A DNA stretch of 64,000 nucleotides, taken from the human T2T-CHM13v2.0 reference genome, Homo sapiens. The stretch lies in NCBI RefSeq assembly GCF_009914755.1, contig NC_060945.1; one strand, 5' to 3'. Positions within the stretch are counted from its first letter, which is position 1. Every line of letters starts with the position of its first letter. The notes beneath the pieces were generated by a model. It saw nothing but the letters and a program-made list of their open reading frames with translations. It searched no databases and had not been told where the DNA came from. Position numbers and translations under genes: made by a program. Positions 22,529 through 36,722 of the stretch are shown here, in pieces.

Positions 22529-25500
22529 AGTCCACCCCTCGTCAACTTGAACCCATACACATCTGAGATCATACATAATCTTCAAATAAAGACAATAATA
22601 AGGTCATAATTATGCCTAACATATTACAACTATTCTTTGTACAACCTGAAACACACCAGTCTCCAACCCAAATACTATTACATAAAGTTAACAATACTTA
22701 AATGCTGATTTGAAGTCAGTAAATCTTATGTCACATGCTAAAGGAAAAAGGAAATAAAATCAAGATATTTTCTTAGTACAAGTATAAACATGCACAAACA
22801 TGTTTTTAACAAAACAAGGAAAAAATACTCATGACAATTACAGTCCTCGTTTCTGCAGCTGGTCACGTGGTTGTAGCCGGTATTGATGACTGCCTTCTTC
22901 TACTACCCATTCTGTATTCCCTTTGCCTTCAGCAAACACCTTGGCAGGTTGTGATTTTTTTTTCCTGGTGGAGTGACCCAAACCTTCATTCCTGAAGGGT
23001 CTGGGCCATTTCTAGTCCTGCCTGGATTGGGCTGTTGTAGTTTCCCATTGATCTTAATCACAGGGCATGGTAATACTAAGAGATGCCCTAATGGATCTCC
23101 TGTATTCCATGAGTACTCTTCCTTACCTCCATTGTGGAGTAGTAGACTGATTTCATCTTGATAGTCTGGGTCAATCACCCCGGCCAACTGTAACTCCCAT
23201 CTTAGCCTGTTGACTTAAAGGTAGGAGGAGCCCAAAGTGTCCAGGTGGCAATCTGAACTTACAGTTTAATGGGATTGTTGTTGTGTCTCCTGGTGGCAGT
23301 GTTCCTCCCTCTGGAACTAAGACCTCTAGACCAACAGAACTTAATGTCATGGGAACAGGCAGCAAAAATTTTGCTACTTAATCACTAGGGGTGATGGTGA
23401 GTGATGCCACTTCCACTTCCAACCCTTGATTCCTGGACCCGTGAATCCTGGCTATGGGAGAAACAGTACCATATATGGGACGCTGATTCAGAGCATACAC
23501 GGCCTTCTGGAGAACTTTGTCCCAGGCATGCAAAGTATTGTCACCTAGTTGGCATTGTAATTGTGACTTTAAAAGGCCATTCCAACATTCTGTCAATCCA
23601 GCTGCTTCAGGATGATGGGGAGAACATGGTGAGACCAGTGCATTCCATGAGAATGAGCCCACTGTCACACTTCTTTAGCCATAAAGTGAGTGTCTTGGTC
23701 AGAGGCAATGCTGTGTGGAATACCATGACGGTGGATAATGTATTCCGTGAACCCACGGATGGTAGTCTTGGCAGAAGCATTGTGTGCAGGATAGGCAAAC
23801 CCATATCCAGAGTAAGTGTCTATTCCAGTGGGAACAAACCTCTGCCCTTTCCATGATGGAAGAGTTCCAATATAATCAACCTGCTACCAGGTAGCTGGCT
23901 GATCACCCCTAGAAATGGTGCCATATTGAGGACTCGGTGTTGGTCTCTGTTGCTGGCAAACTGGGCACTCAGCAGTGGCCATAGCCAGGTCAGCCTTGGT
24001 GAGTGGAAGTCCATGTTGCTGAGCCCATGTGTAACCTCCATCCCTGCTACCATGGCCACTTTGTTCATGGACCCACTGGGTGATGACGGGGGTGGCTGGG
24101 GAAAGAGGCTGAGTGGTGTCCACAGAAAGGGTCATCCTATTCACTTGATTATTAAAATTCTCCTCTGGTGAGGTCCCCCGTTGGTGAGCACTCACATGGG
24201 ATACAAATATCTTCACAATTTTTGACCACTCAGAGAGGTCCATCCACATCCCTCTTCCCCAAATTTCTTTGTCACCAATTTTCCAATCATGCTTCTTCCA
24301 ATTCCCTGATGATCCAGCCAAACCATTGGCTACGGCCCATGAATCAGTGTATAATCACACAGCTGGCCATTTCTCCTTCCATGCAAAGTGCACAACCAGG
24401 TGCACTGCTCGAAGTTCTGCCCACTGGGAAGATTTCCCTTCACTGCTGTCCTTCATGGATGCCCTAGAAAGGGGCTGTAGTGCTGCAGCTATCCACTTTC
24501 GGGTGGTGCCTGCATATCATGCAGAACCATCTGTGAACCAAGTCCTAGTCTTCTCTTCCTCTGTCAGCTGATCATAGGGAACTCCCCACGAAGCCATCAG
24601 TGCAGGCTAAGGGAGAGAAGGCAGGGTGGCAGGAGTGGAGACCAGGGCATTTGAACCACTTCCTCATGTAACTTACTTGTGCCTTCAGGATCTGCTCGAG
24701 CCCAATCACGTATATACCACTTCCATTTGATGATGGAATGCTGCTGTGCATGACCCACTTTATGGCTAGATGGGTCAGAAAGTACCCAGTTCATGATAGT
24801 TCAGGTCGCATGGTGACTTGAAACATTCAGTTTCCACCAAAGCCCAGTAACAGGCCAAGAGCTCTCTCTCAGAAGGAGAGTAGTTATCTGAAGAAGATGG
24901 CAGGGCCTTGCTCCAATATTCTAGAGGCCTCCACTGTGATTCACCTATGGAGGCCTGCCAACAGCTCCAATCAGCATCCCTATCTGCCACTGACACCTCA
25001 AGCACCATTGGATCTGCTGGGTCGTATGGCCCAAGTGGCCAAGCAGCTTGCACAGCAGCCTGGACCTGTTGCAGAGCCTTCTCCTGTTCTGGACTCCACT
25101 CAAAATTGGCAGCCTTTCGGCTCACTCGATAAATGGGCTGGAGTAACACACCCAAATGAGGAATGTGTTCCCTCCGAAATCCAGATAGGCATTGTGCTCT
25201 TTCTTGGTTGTAGGAGGGACTAAATGCAGCAACTTATCCTTCACCTTAGAAGGAATATCTTGACAAGCCCCACACCACTGGACCCCTAGAAATTTTACTG
25301 AGGTAGAAGGTCCCTGAATTTTAGTCATATTTATTTCCCATCTCCTGGCACATAAATGTCTCACCAATAAGTCCAGTGTGTTTGCTACTTCTTGCTCACT
25401 GGATCCAATCAGCATAATGTCATCAAACTAATGGACCAGTGTGATATCTCGTGGAAACGAAAAGCGATCAAGGTCTCTCCAAATAAGATTATGACATAAA

Positions 25501-26645
25501 GCCGGAGAGTTTACTGTCCTACCCCTGAGGTAGGACAGTAAAGGTGTATTGCCGGCCTTGCCAGCGGAAGGCAAATTGCTTCTGGTGGGCCTTATGGACA
25601 GGAATGGGGAAAAAGTCATTTGCCAAGTCAATGGCTGCATACCAGGTACCAGGAGGTGTGTTAATTTGCTCAAGCAATGAAACCACATCTGGTACAGCAG
25701 CTGCAATTGGAGTCACCACTTGGTTAAGCTTACAGTAACCCACTGTCATTCTCCAAGATCCGTCTGTCTTCTGCACAGGCCAGATGGGAGAGTTGAATGG
25801 GGATGTGGTGGGAATCACCACCCCTGCATCCTTCAAGTCCTTGATGGTGGCACTAATCTCCACAATCCCTTCAGGGATGTGATACTGTTTTTGATTTACT
25901 ATTTTTCTAGGTAGAGGCAGCTCTAATGGCTTCCATTTGGCCTTTCTCACCATAATAGTCCACACCCTACCAGTCAGGGAGCCAGTGTGGGGGTTCTGCC
26001 TGCTACTAAGCATATCTATGCCAATTATGCATTCTGGCACTGGGAAAATGACCACAGGATGAGTCCGAGGACCCACTGGACCCACTGTAAGTTGGACCTG
26101 AGCTAAAACTCCTTTAAGTACCTGACTTCCGTAAGCCTCTACTTTACTGGAGGACCACAGTGACATTTTGGGTCCTCTGGAATTAACGTCAGCTCAGAGC
26201 CAGTGTCCAGTAGTCCCTGAAATGTCTGATCATCTCCCTTTCCCCAGTGCACAGTTACCCTGATAAAAGGCCAGAGGTCTCTTTGGGGAAGGATGGGAGA
26301 AAGATTCACTGCATACATTGTCGGTAATGTAGTGGGGTCCTTCCTCAAGGGGACCCGACCTCCCCTTCATTCAAGGGGTTCTGGGTCTGTAAACTAGCTC
26401 AAGTCTGGAAATTGATTGAAGAGCCATGATTCTCTGTTTTTATAATTCAAATTAGTGTTTTGGCCATTTGACCTAGAAGTTTTCTGCTTGTATAAATTAA
26501 GTAGGAATGCAGTGGGCTTCCTATCAATTTCACTTCTAGGAACACCATGATTAATTAACCAATGCCGGAGCTCTACACGAGCCAGACTGTTCTGATTGCT
26601 GCTTTGCCTCTGCTGTCCATTAGGGTAGCTGTGCCCACCTGACCT
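22529..26645 (-). pseudogene. HERV-L internal region, 5'-truncated: gag end, protease, RT, RNase H, integrase, dUTPase (all disrupted)
   Basis: Protease [11 protein letters not shown]; [21 protein letters not shown]...IDLANDFF...LPQG with YIDD mutated to *FDD (25419-25430); integrase HEQSGH...CPVCQQ; dUTPase LPPGHFGLLLP / GVIDPDYQDEI. Confidence 0.95.
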
Positions 26646-27383
26646 TATCATATCTAGTTTTTGAAACATGGCAGGGAAAATGATTCCACGTAACCTGACC
26701 ATATCAGCTGGGTGACTGAATAAAACACCTTCTCAGCTCGCTTTCCTCTGGCCTGAAGCTTTTTGCTGTAGCTGCTTTTGCAACAAAGGACACAGTTGTA
26801 GGCAGTGGATCCTAAATGGAGGTTTCCTGGGGGACTTTAGGGAAAGCTTATATTTTCCTGATAAAACTGTCAAGTGTGGCCAAGATAATACTTCCCCGTT
26901 TTCTGACTTTAATGAAAATACAAGGCCCTCAACAGAGATAGCTGACTTCTGACTTTGGGAGAGAGGTCAGGGAACAGCAGTGATGCTGTCGCTGATGTTT
27001 TTGAGCTATTGGTCTGATATCACTAGAGGCTTCCTTTACATATTTGAGCCATCCTAAATCTATAATTTTCTGTTTACTTGTAGCCAAAAATATTCTAAAT
27101 GTTTCACCCTCATACTTTTTGAGAAAAAAAAATAGCTTAATAATAATAAAGTACCTTAAGGCAATTTGCCATTCTTTTCCTTTCTTCAAAATCAGCAAAG
27201 CATGGCAGGACACATCTGAAAGTCTGTTTACTGTTGTTTTTGTTGATGTTATTGGCAGGCAGGGCACTTATTTCCAGCAGGGAAGAAGCGGACCCAGTTA
27301 AAGGGATCTAGACTCTGGTCGTCAGGAACGGGTCAAGGCCTTCACCATGAGAAGAGCACCAAAGGGAGTTAATATGGGGTTGA

Positions 27384-27605
27384 CCAGAGGTAGGCAAAGG
27401 AAGGCCTGTGGGCCAAATCTGGCCAGCTACCTGTTTTTATAAATAAAGTTTTATTGGAACACAACCATGCTGGGGTTTGTTTCATATTTCCTGAGGCTGT
27501 TTTCACACTGCAATGGCAGAGGTGAGTGGTTGACACAGATGCCGTCTCACCAAAGCCTATGATATTTACTGTCTGGCCCTATACAGAAAAAGCTTGCTGA
27601 CCTCT
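27384..27605 (+). mobile_element. MER58A DNA transposon
   Basis: GGCCTGTGGGCCAAATCTGGCC...TTTTTATAAATAAAGTTTTATTGGAACACAACCATGC...TATTTACTGTCTGGCCCTATACAGAAAAAG..TGCTGACCTCTG. Confidence 0.85.
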
Positions 27606-27768
27606 GGGTTAGACTGTCAGGTGGTAGAGACTAAGGAGGGAGTGATAAGTCCCTGTTGGCCACCTGAGGTTTTGTCTGTGTCAGGAAGCTGCAGATGGGA
27701 GATGTCCAGGCAGTGGCTCAGAAGAACCCATGGAGGACCCATTAGGGGAAGGGTTGGTATGTGGACAC

Positions 27769-27952
27769 CAGCCACGCCCAGGGTGAACCAGCTGTGCAGT
27801 CAAATACAGAACTTCCCGTCCCTTACACCTCCATTCTCTGTGTTTCAATTTTAGTGAAGTCAGCCACACCCAGAGTGAACCAACCGTGCAGTCAAATACA
27901 AAACTTCCTGCCCCTCACACCTCCATTCTCCCTGTTTCAATCCTGGTGAGGT
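27769..27952 (+). repeat. Diverged 92-bp tandem duplication
   Basis: CAGCCAC.CCCAG.GTGAACCA...GTGCAGTCAAATACA.AACTTCC...CACCTCCATTCTC..TGTTTCAAT at 27769 and 27861. Confidence 0.9.
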
Positions 27953-28334
27953 CAGAGGCACAGTCATGAGCAAGGTGGGGAAACAGCAGTAAATCCAACC
28001 ACAACACCTCTCCTCCCCGACTATAGACCGCCAAGCCTAAAGCAGGCCCGTCACGTTGGATGCCAGATAGAAACTTTGATATGAGATAGGACTGGACTCA
28101 AAATGCCTAAAATCAAATGTATGACCACAAAGCTTTTCGAAAAATGTAGACTTTGTCCAAGATAGCATTCAAGGGTTGAGAAGTATAACTTACATGGCTT
28201 GTTAGAAAGCAGTTGTATGGCAAGAGAGGGTTCTATTAAAATGTTATTCCATCATATAATTTCTATGGAGAGGAATTTGGAAATGGCTAGCAAAATTACA
28301 TACATTTATCCTTTGACTCAGAAATCCACTTCTG

Positions 28335-28731
<397 letters not shown>

Positions 28732-29286
28732 TCACAAGGCTATTCACCGTGGCACGACTGTCATAGCAAATGATTAGAAATAACCCACGTGTGCCTCAAA
28801 AGGGGACTGGTTGATTAAACTATGGTAAATCTACACCATCGAACATGATATAAATGATTGAGAATATCTTTAGATACTGCAAGTGAGAATAGCAAGGTAG
28901 AGAAAAGAGGATAGATGTGTACCACTGTTCACCTAAGAAGGTAGCATATGGCACATGGAGGTGTCTTTCCCAAGAAACTTCCCAGGACAAAGGTCTCCAA
29001 AGTTAGAGGATGCAGGAAGAAATTAGAATGTCTGAATTTGTTTTGCCTAAAGCAATAAAGAATTTGGCTTTGGTAAGTTGTGATAAACACAGGTAACCTC
29101 GTTTGGTTCACCTGCCGGGTGTCCTGGTCTTCGTTGACGGTGACACACTGCAGAGGTCTGGGGTCTAGGGATCGCTGATTCTGCAGCTCAGTGAGCACAA
29201 CTGGTGCTTCCTCGAATGTTCTTTTGCTTGCACCCTGCTGGTGGCTTCGGTTTCCAGGATTTTGTATGGCATCAGTCTGGTTTGTC

Positions 29287-29594
29287 TTTTATTTTATTTT
29301 ATCTTATTTTTTGAGACAGGGTCTCACTCTGTCACTCAGGCTGAGTGCCATGGCACAGTTACTGCTCACCGCAGGTTCAGCCTCTCAGACCCAAGGCATC
29401 CTCCCACCTCAGCCTCCCGAGTAGCTGGGACCACAGGTGCATGCCACCACACCCAACTCGTTTTTAGTTTTTTGTAGGGATGGGGTCTCACTATGTTGCC
29501 CAGGCTGGTCTCAAACTTCAGAGCTTAAGGATCCTCCCACCTTCGCCTCCCGAAGTGCTGTGATTACAGGGATGAGTCACTGCACCCAGCCAGC
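29287..29594 (-). mobile_element. AluJ, antisense
   Basis: Diverged reverse-complement Alu (GAGACAGGGTCTCACTCTGTCAC...). Confidence 0.9.
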
Positions 29595-30059
29595 CAGGTT
29601 TTTTTTTGTTTTTTTTTTTTTTTAAAGAAATACAGTCTCTAAAGATGAGTTACATGATTTTATTTCTCAGAAAGTCACAGTTCCAGATTTGCTGACATTT
29701 ATGGTGTTAGCAAGTGACTGGCAGTGGTATGGTACTTAGTAGATATTGAAAAAAATAAACACAAAACAGGTCCCTTTAAGATGATATTTTAATGCTAAGT
29801 GAGAAGCGTAACATCTCCTGCTGTGGAGAGGTCTTCTGAGGATGATAGCTGTACATGTTTACATCATTAGTTGATTTCTACTACCAAAATGGAGTAAGTT
29901 GGCTACCTATAAAACACTTTTGAACCCTTAACTTGGAGACAGAATTTCCTACCTATGTAAAAATCTTCCAAATAATTTTGCTTGTGTTAAAAAAAAAAAA
30001 TGGAAATAAGCCGTACCTTCCGGTTAGTTTGCTAGTTACTGATTGACATTAGGAAATAT

Positions 30060-30215
30060 GCAAGTTGACTATTCCTAATCTCCATTTTACAAATGAGGAA
30101 ACTGAAGCACAGATCAGCTATATGGCTGAGGTAACATCATTCATGAGGGCAGAGCCAGGATTTGAAAGCAGGTTGGCTGGTCCCCCACTGTGTGCCCTGA
30201 ACCAGTGTACTAAGC
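30060..30215. mobile_element. MIR fragment
   Basis: CCATTTTACAAATGAGGAAACTGAAGCACAGA...GGCAGAGCCAGGATTTGAA. Confidence 0.75.
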
Positions 30216-30285
30216 TGCCTCTTGTGTGTTTTATAAATTTCAAAATGTATGTGATGTACAAAGGGAGGATATGCATAAGGGGTAG

Positions 30286-30684
<399 letters not shown>

Positions 30685-31180
30685 TGAGAATTCTGAAGCC
30701 TTGCGGGGAATGATGGGCCTCGTCTGATTCAAGAGAAATTGCCTGTTTCTGAGTTGAGTCGTAGTGTATCTGGGTACTCAGGCTAGATCCTAGAATATCA
30801 CAGATGCTCAGGAGCGATGCATTCACCTGTCTGTTCCTGCCAGGGCTTTCCAGCTGCCTTCTTTAATAAGCTCCTCTACCAAAGCAGTTCCAGATAGAAT
30901 TGAACAATCTTTTTAAAGCATAAATATCAGCTTCCAACAGGGGTCTCCATGCAGTCTCTACTCTACGGGTGGCGTATTTGACTCCTCTTTCCAGCTGGCT
31001 GGTGTGAACACACCCACTCGAGTTTCAGCACCACTGCCCTTTTTTTTGTTTTGTTTTGTTTTTTGTTTTTAATTTTAGTATGAGTACTGCTAGCAAAAAC
31101 AGACTGCTTCTGGAGCTTCAACCGAATAACCATCACCCTTCTAGGCAACTTGGGTGATGTGTTGGTGGATCTCTGTACGC

Positions 31181-31183
31181 TTT

Positions 31184-31218
<35 letters not shown>

Positions 31219-31497
31219 TTATACTTTAAGTTCTAGGGTACATGTGTACAATGTGCAGGTTTGTTACATATGTATACATGTGACATGCTGGTGTGCTGCA
31301 CCCATTAACTCGTCATTTACATTAGGTATATCTCCTAAAGCTATCCCTCCCCCCTCCCCCCACCCCACGACAGGCCCCCATGTGTGATGTTCCCCTTCCT
31401 GTGTCCAAGTGTTCTCATTGCTCACTTCCCACCTATGAGTGAGAACGTGCGGTGTTTGGTTTTCTGTCCTTGCGACAGTTTGCTCAGAATGATGGTT
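31181..31497 (-). mobile_element. L1PA 3' end (5'-truncated) with (TTTA)n tail
   Basis: TTATACTTTAAGTTCTAGGGTACATGTG...CCCACCTATGAGTGAGAAC...GAATGATGGTT is the L1PA 3' UTR in reverse. Confidence 0.93.
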
Positions 31498-32213
31498 CAC
31501 CGCCTTCTTTTTTAACAGGAACCCTCTCAGAGGTCAAGGTGCTGCCCAGCGTCTGCTCCTCTTTCCCCTTTCCTCCTTGTGGTGCCGGGGAGGAGCTGGC
31601 TGCCGGAGTCCCTTCCTCATCTTCCTCCACCTGCGCCTTCCTACCCTCCCTCCCTGCCTCCTTCTGGAGGGAGCCCCAGGGAGGAGGGGAAGGCTGGCGA
31701 GGAGGAAGAACTGAGCTCTGCTGGCAGCTGCTCGGGGGTCTGCAAGATGCTGAGGATGCTGCAGGGGGTGGCAGTGGGGCTCTGCCCAGCACCTGGACGG
31801 AAGTGTCTTGTCTGGGTGCCCCGGGGAAAGTAGTACCACCCAGTGTCCAAGGAGTGGTTGGTTGCCCAAGGAGTAGGGCATTTTCCTGAGACAGCTTCCT
31901 TCTGTCCTGTGCTAGGGAGGCGAGCTTCCTAGAGTGGTTCAGGCTTCCTTTTCTTAATTCAGCTCAGAAGGGCAAGAGAAAAGCCAGTGCATGGATCCCA
32001 CTCACGCTTCCTACTTGTTCTAGCCGGGCTTCGATTCCCTCCGCACTTCTAGCTTCTGAAAGCAGAGCCTCTCCCAGCCCCAGCTCTCACTGGCAGGCAA
32101 GGTGGTGTGTGCCCTGCCCCTCAGGCCAGGGGCGGGGATGGCTGCCGTTGTTGTAGGTCCCTTGTGCCCCGCTCACACCTCCAAAAATAGCCCTTCCATC
32201 ATAACCTCTTCTT

Positions 32214-32550
32214 CCCACCTATGAGTGAGAACATGCGGTGTTTGGTTTTTTGTCCTTGCGACAGTTTGCTGAGAATGATGGTTTCCAGTTTTATCCATGT
32301 CCCTACAAAGGACATGAACAATGAGAACACATGGGCACAGGAAGGGGAACATCACACACCAGGGCCTGTTGTGGGGTGGGGGGAGGGGGGAGGAATAGCA
32401 TTAGGAGATATAACTAATGTCAAATGATGAGTTGATGGGTGCAGCACACCAACATGGCACATGTATACATATGTAACAAACCTGCACATTGTGCACATGT
32501 ACCCTAAAACTTCAAGTATAATTAAAAAAAAAAACAAAAAAAAAACCCAA
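32214..32550 (+). mobile_element. L1PA 3' end with 5' inversion (twin priming) and TSD
   Basis: An inverted segment (32214-32319) is followed by a sense 3' UTR and poly-A. The TSD AACCTCTTCTT lies at 32203-32213 and 32551-32561. Confidence 0.92.
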
Positions 32551-32885
32551 AACCTCTTCTTGGGAGCTCTGGAGTAGAATTCTCTTTCTGGCTGGACTCT
32601 GATAAATACAGCTGGTGACCATTATTTCAGAATGAAATTTCGTTTAGTTTATGAGTCTGTCCAAATATTTCGATCATTTAAATTCAGATGTTAGTTTACC
32701 TCGGTTTGTGGAGAATGGACTGGGCTGTAGAAACTTAGAAGCCAAGCGAATGTGGACTCCGCTGTCTTCATTGCTGTCTTGTTACTATGGATGTCGGATT
32801 AGGTGCACCCGTGAGGTCTTGGATTGTAACCCCATGTTCTGCAGGTCTCAGGACCTCTTCCCTGCACTGTGCTAGCCCGGCCCCC

Positions 32886-33268
32886 TGTGATGGACTGAAT
32901 TGTGTCCCTCAAATTTATACGTTGAAGTCCAAACCTCCAGTACTTCAAAATATGACTATCTTTGGAGATGGGGCCTTAAAAGAGGTCATGAAGTTAAAAT
33001 GTGGCCATGAGGGTGGGCCCTGATCCAGTCTGACAAGTGTCCTTATATAGGACATGCAGAGAGACACCAGGGATGTGCGCAGAGGGACCGCCATGTGAAG
33101 AAGCAGCAAGAGGAGCAAGAGGACGGCCATCTGCAAGCCAAGGGGGAAGCCACCTGCCCACACCTTGATCTGAGACTTCCGGCCTCCACAACCGTGAGAA
33201 GATACGTGTCCGTTGTTTAAGCTGCCCAGTCTGCGGTGCTTTGTTCTGGCAGCCTGCACTGACTCACA
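32886..33268 (+). mobile_element. MaLR LTR (MLT1B-like)
   Basis: TGTGATGGACTGAATTGTGTCCC...GGGTGGGCCCTGATCCAG...GCCATCTGCAAGCCAAG...CACCTTGATCTGAGACTTCCGGCCTCC. Confidence 0.85.
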
Positions 33269-35349
33269 AACCCACTTCTGACCTAGGCCCTGACTGGGTT
33301 CAAGCATACACAGCCTGGCCAGCTCAGCCACTGTCCGCATTCACAGCCTCCTGCAGCTTCCACTGCTCAGGCATCCTGATCCTAGCCTTCTTAGTTGGCC
33401 ATTGCTCACCAGACCATTTTATATGGGCAGGAATGAGGAGACAAGGAGGCCCTCAGGGACACAGTTGCCCCTCTGCTGTCTTACCCTACCTGTCTTATCC
33501 TCTGGACCATGCAAAATGTTTATCTTACGCAGTCTTTTGTTCTTTGGTAAATGCATATAACAGACACATACTTAGTATCCATGATGTCCCAGCAGCCCCG
33601 CAGCTCTGATCGTAGTAGAGGTGGTTTAAAGAGAAATGCATTAAGTAGAGTTGAGTTTGTTTTTCACAAATCAAGACACATCCCACTTGGGGCAAAGTCG
33701 TGACATTCAGGTGAACCTGAAAGTTATAGCTTCTTTTATAGCCAGTTATCCAAGGGCTGAAGCCATCGAGCTGCCTGCCTTCTGAGCACTTGAAACAAAA
33801 AGGATTGGAATGTTTGGTACAAAACCCAGCACTTAAAACCTATGAGGCTTTCAGCTGTGACTCTTACTGTCTCGCCTCCATCTGGGAAGTTCATTGATCT
33901 TCAAAACCTGGCAGGCTCCTCAGGGGAGAGAAGGTTTAAGATGGAGCAGCCAGCTCAAATCCCTATTAGGTCCAAGAGCCAAGAGGCGCAACGCACAGCT
34001 AGTTGGGAACATATGAACACCCTCCCAAAAAGCTGCAAGACTGTTGTGCGTGTAAATCTAAGTGAGGAAATTATGTGGTGAAATGGGTTTTTTCAAAGTT
34101 TGCACTTAGGCCCTTTTCCGAAGAAAATCTGTGTTGACAGTGGAGGGAGATAATGTTTGAGTTAATTGATGAGGGTTTTAAGCAGTAATCAATATTTCCC
34201 AAACTAGCAAACCCAGCATGTTTTAGGGTCATTTTCAATGATTAAAATTAAAATTTGGTTGTTTCAAAACTTTGGTTGAATGCTAACCACTGGAGGCCTG
34301 GTGTTGGATGAACAGAGCATACTGGGATGCTAAAAAATATTAAGTGCAAATCCCATCTTTGTCTGAAATTGGTTTTTGTATAATTCCTGTTTTAGGAAAT
34401 TGTGAAATCATGTAAGACAGTTTTCACTATAAATTATTTTCAAAAGTCTTTGTGCTAAATGATCAGGCATGACCGTAGTGAGCTGTTTGTTATTTGTTAT
34501 GGTTAATGCTTAGTTGCCATGTGCGGAAACTGACGGTTAGATGTTTGATTAGGGGATTGTTGAAGGTGGTGTGAGGGCTGGATATTGACCCCAGATGAGT
34601 TTTTGAGATGCTACCATGATGAGGAAGGAGCAGGAAATCATATCACACGACCAATGCTTGGAGGATTTCGAGGGGGTATGCAGCCCACCCACCTCCACCC
34701 CAGAGGGATGCCATGGGTCCTAGGCAGGAAACATTCTACACTCAACAAGCTGCCAGCCAGGTGGAAGAGGGCATTATTGCAGAGGACAGGCTTGAGTCTG
34801 CTGGAAAGCAGTAGGGGATGGGAAGTATTCAGCCAACTGGACGTTTCCTGGGGACAGGCACCAAGTCCCTTTCACTAGCTGTTTATTTCTGGATAGGCCA
34901 TCGCTCCTGGCACTGGTCAGACCCTCAACAAATGCTATGGAATTAAACTGGAAAAGGGAGAACGTGGTGAAAAATATGCCCTAACATTGTAACAAGTCAT
35001 AAGGTAATGCACTTCCCATCACTGAAAAACCCAGCAGAAACACTGTCACCTCTGCATGCTGATAGACAGCAGTGCGGTCACTGAGAGACGGGACCAATCG
35101 GTGCTCCCCAGACCTGGCTGATCAGCAGTTACATGGGGACCTGGTTAAACATATGGATTCCAGGCACCATTCTCTGGGCTGGAGATGTATATATTTTTTA
35201 AGTGTCTGAGGTGATTCCAGTGATCAGGCAGGACAAAATGATGACCCCCCAAGATTTTCATGTTTCTTCATAAAATCTAGTGCAGTGACTGAGTCTGGTT
35301 ATTGTTTTGGTGGAGAAGTTACTGTAATCCACATGTGACTGCAAACGTT

Positions 35350-36722
<1,373 letters not shown>

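Noticed and set aside
25519-26166. 215-aa RT-like ORF as a possible domesticated gene
   Set aside because: It ends at LPQG, the downstream YIDD motif carries a stop, and neighbouring pol segments are frameshifted.
26139-26348. Second aspartic-protease DTG motif inside the BACE2 gene ([11 protein letters not shown])
   Set aside because: This is the HERV-L retropepsin remnant on the opposite strand. It is not a BACE2 exon.
31484-31889. 102-145-aa ORFs in the GC-rich island as a processed pseudogene
   Set aside because: No recognisable protein family, poly-A or TSD of its own. The composition is low-complexity.
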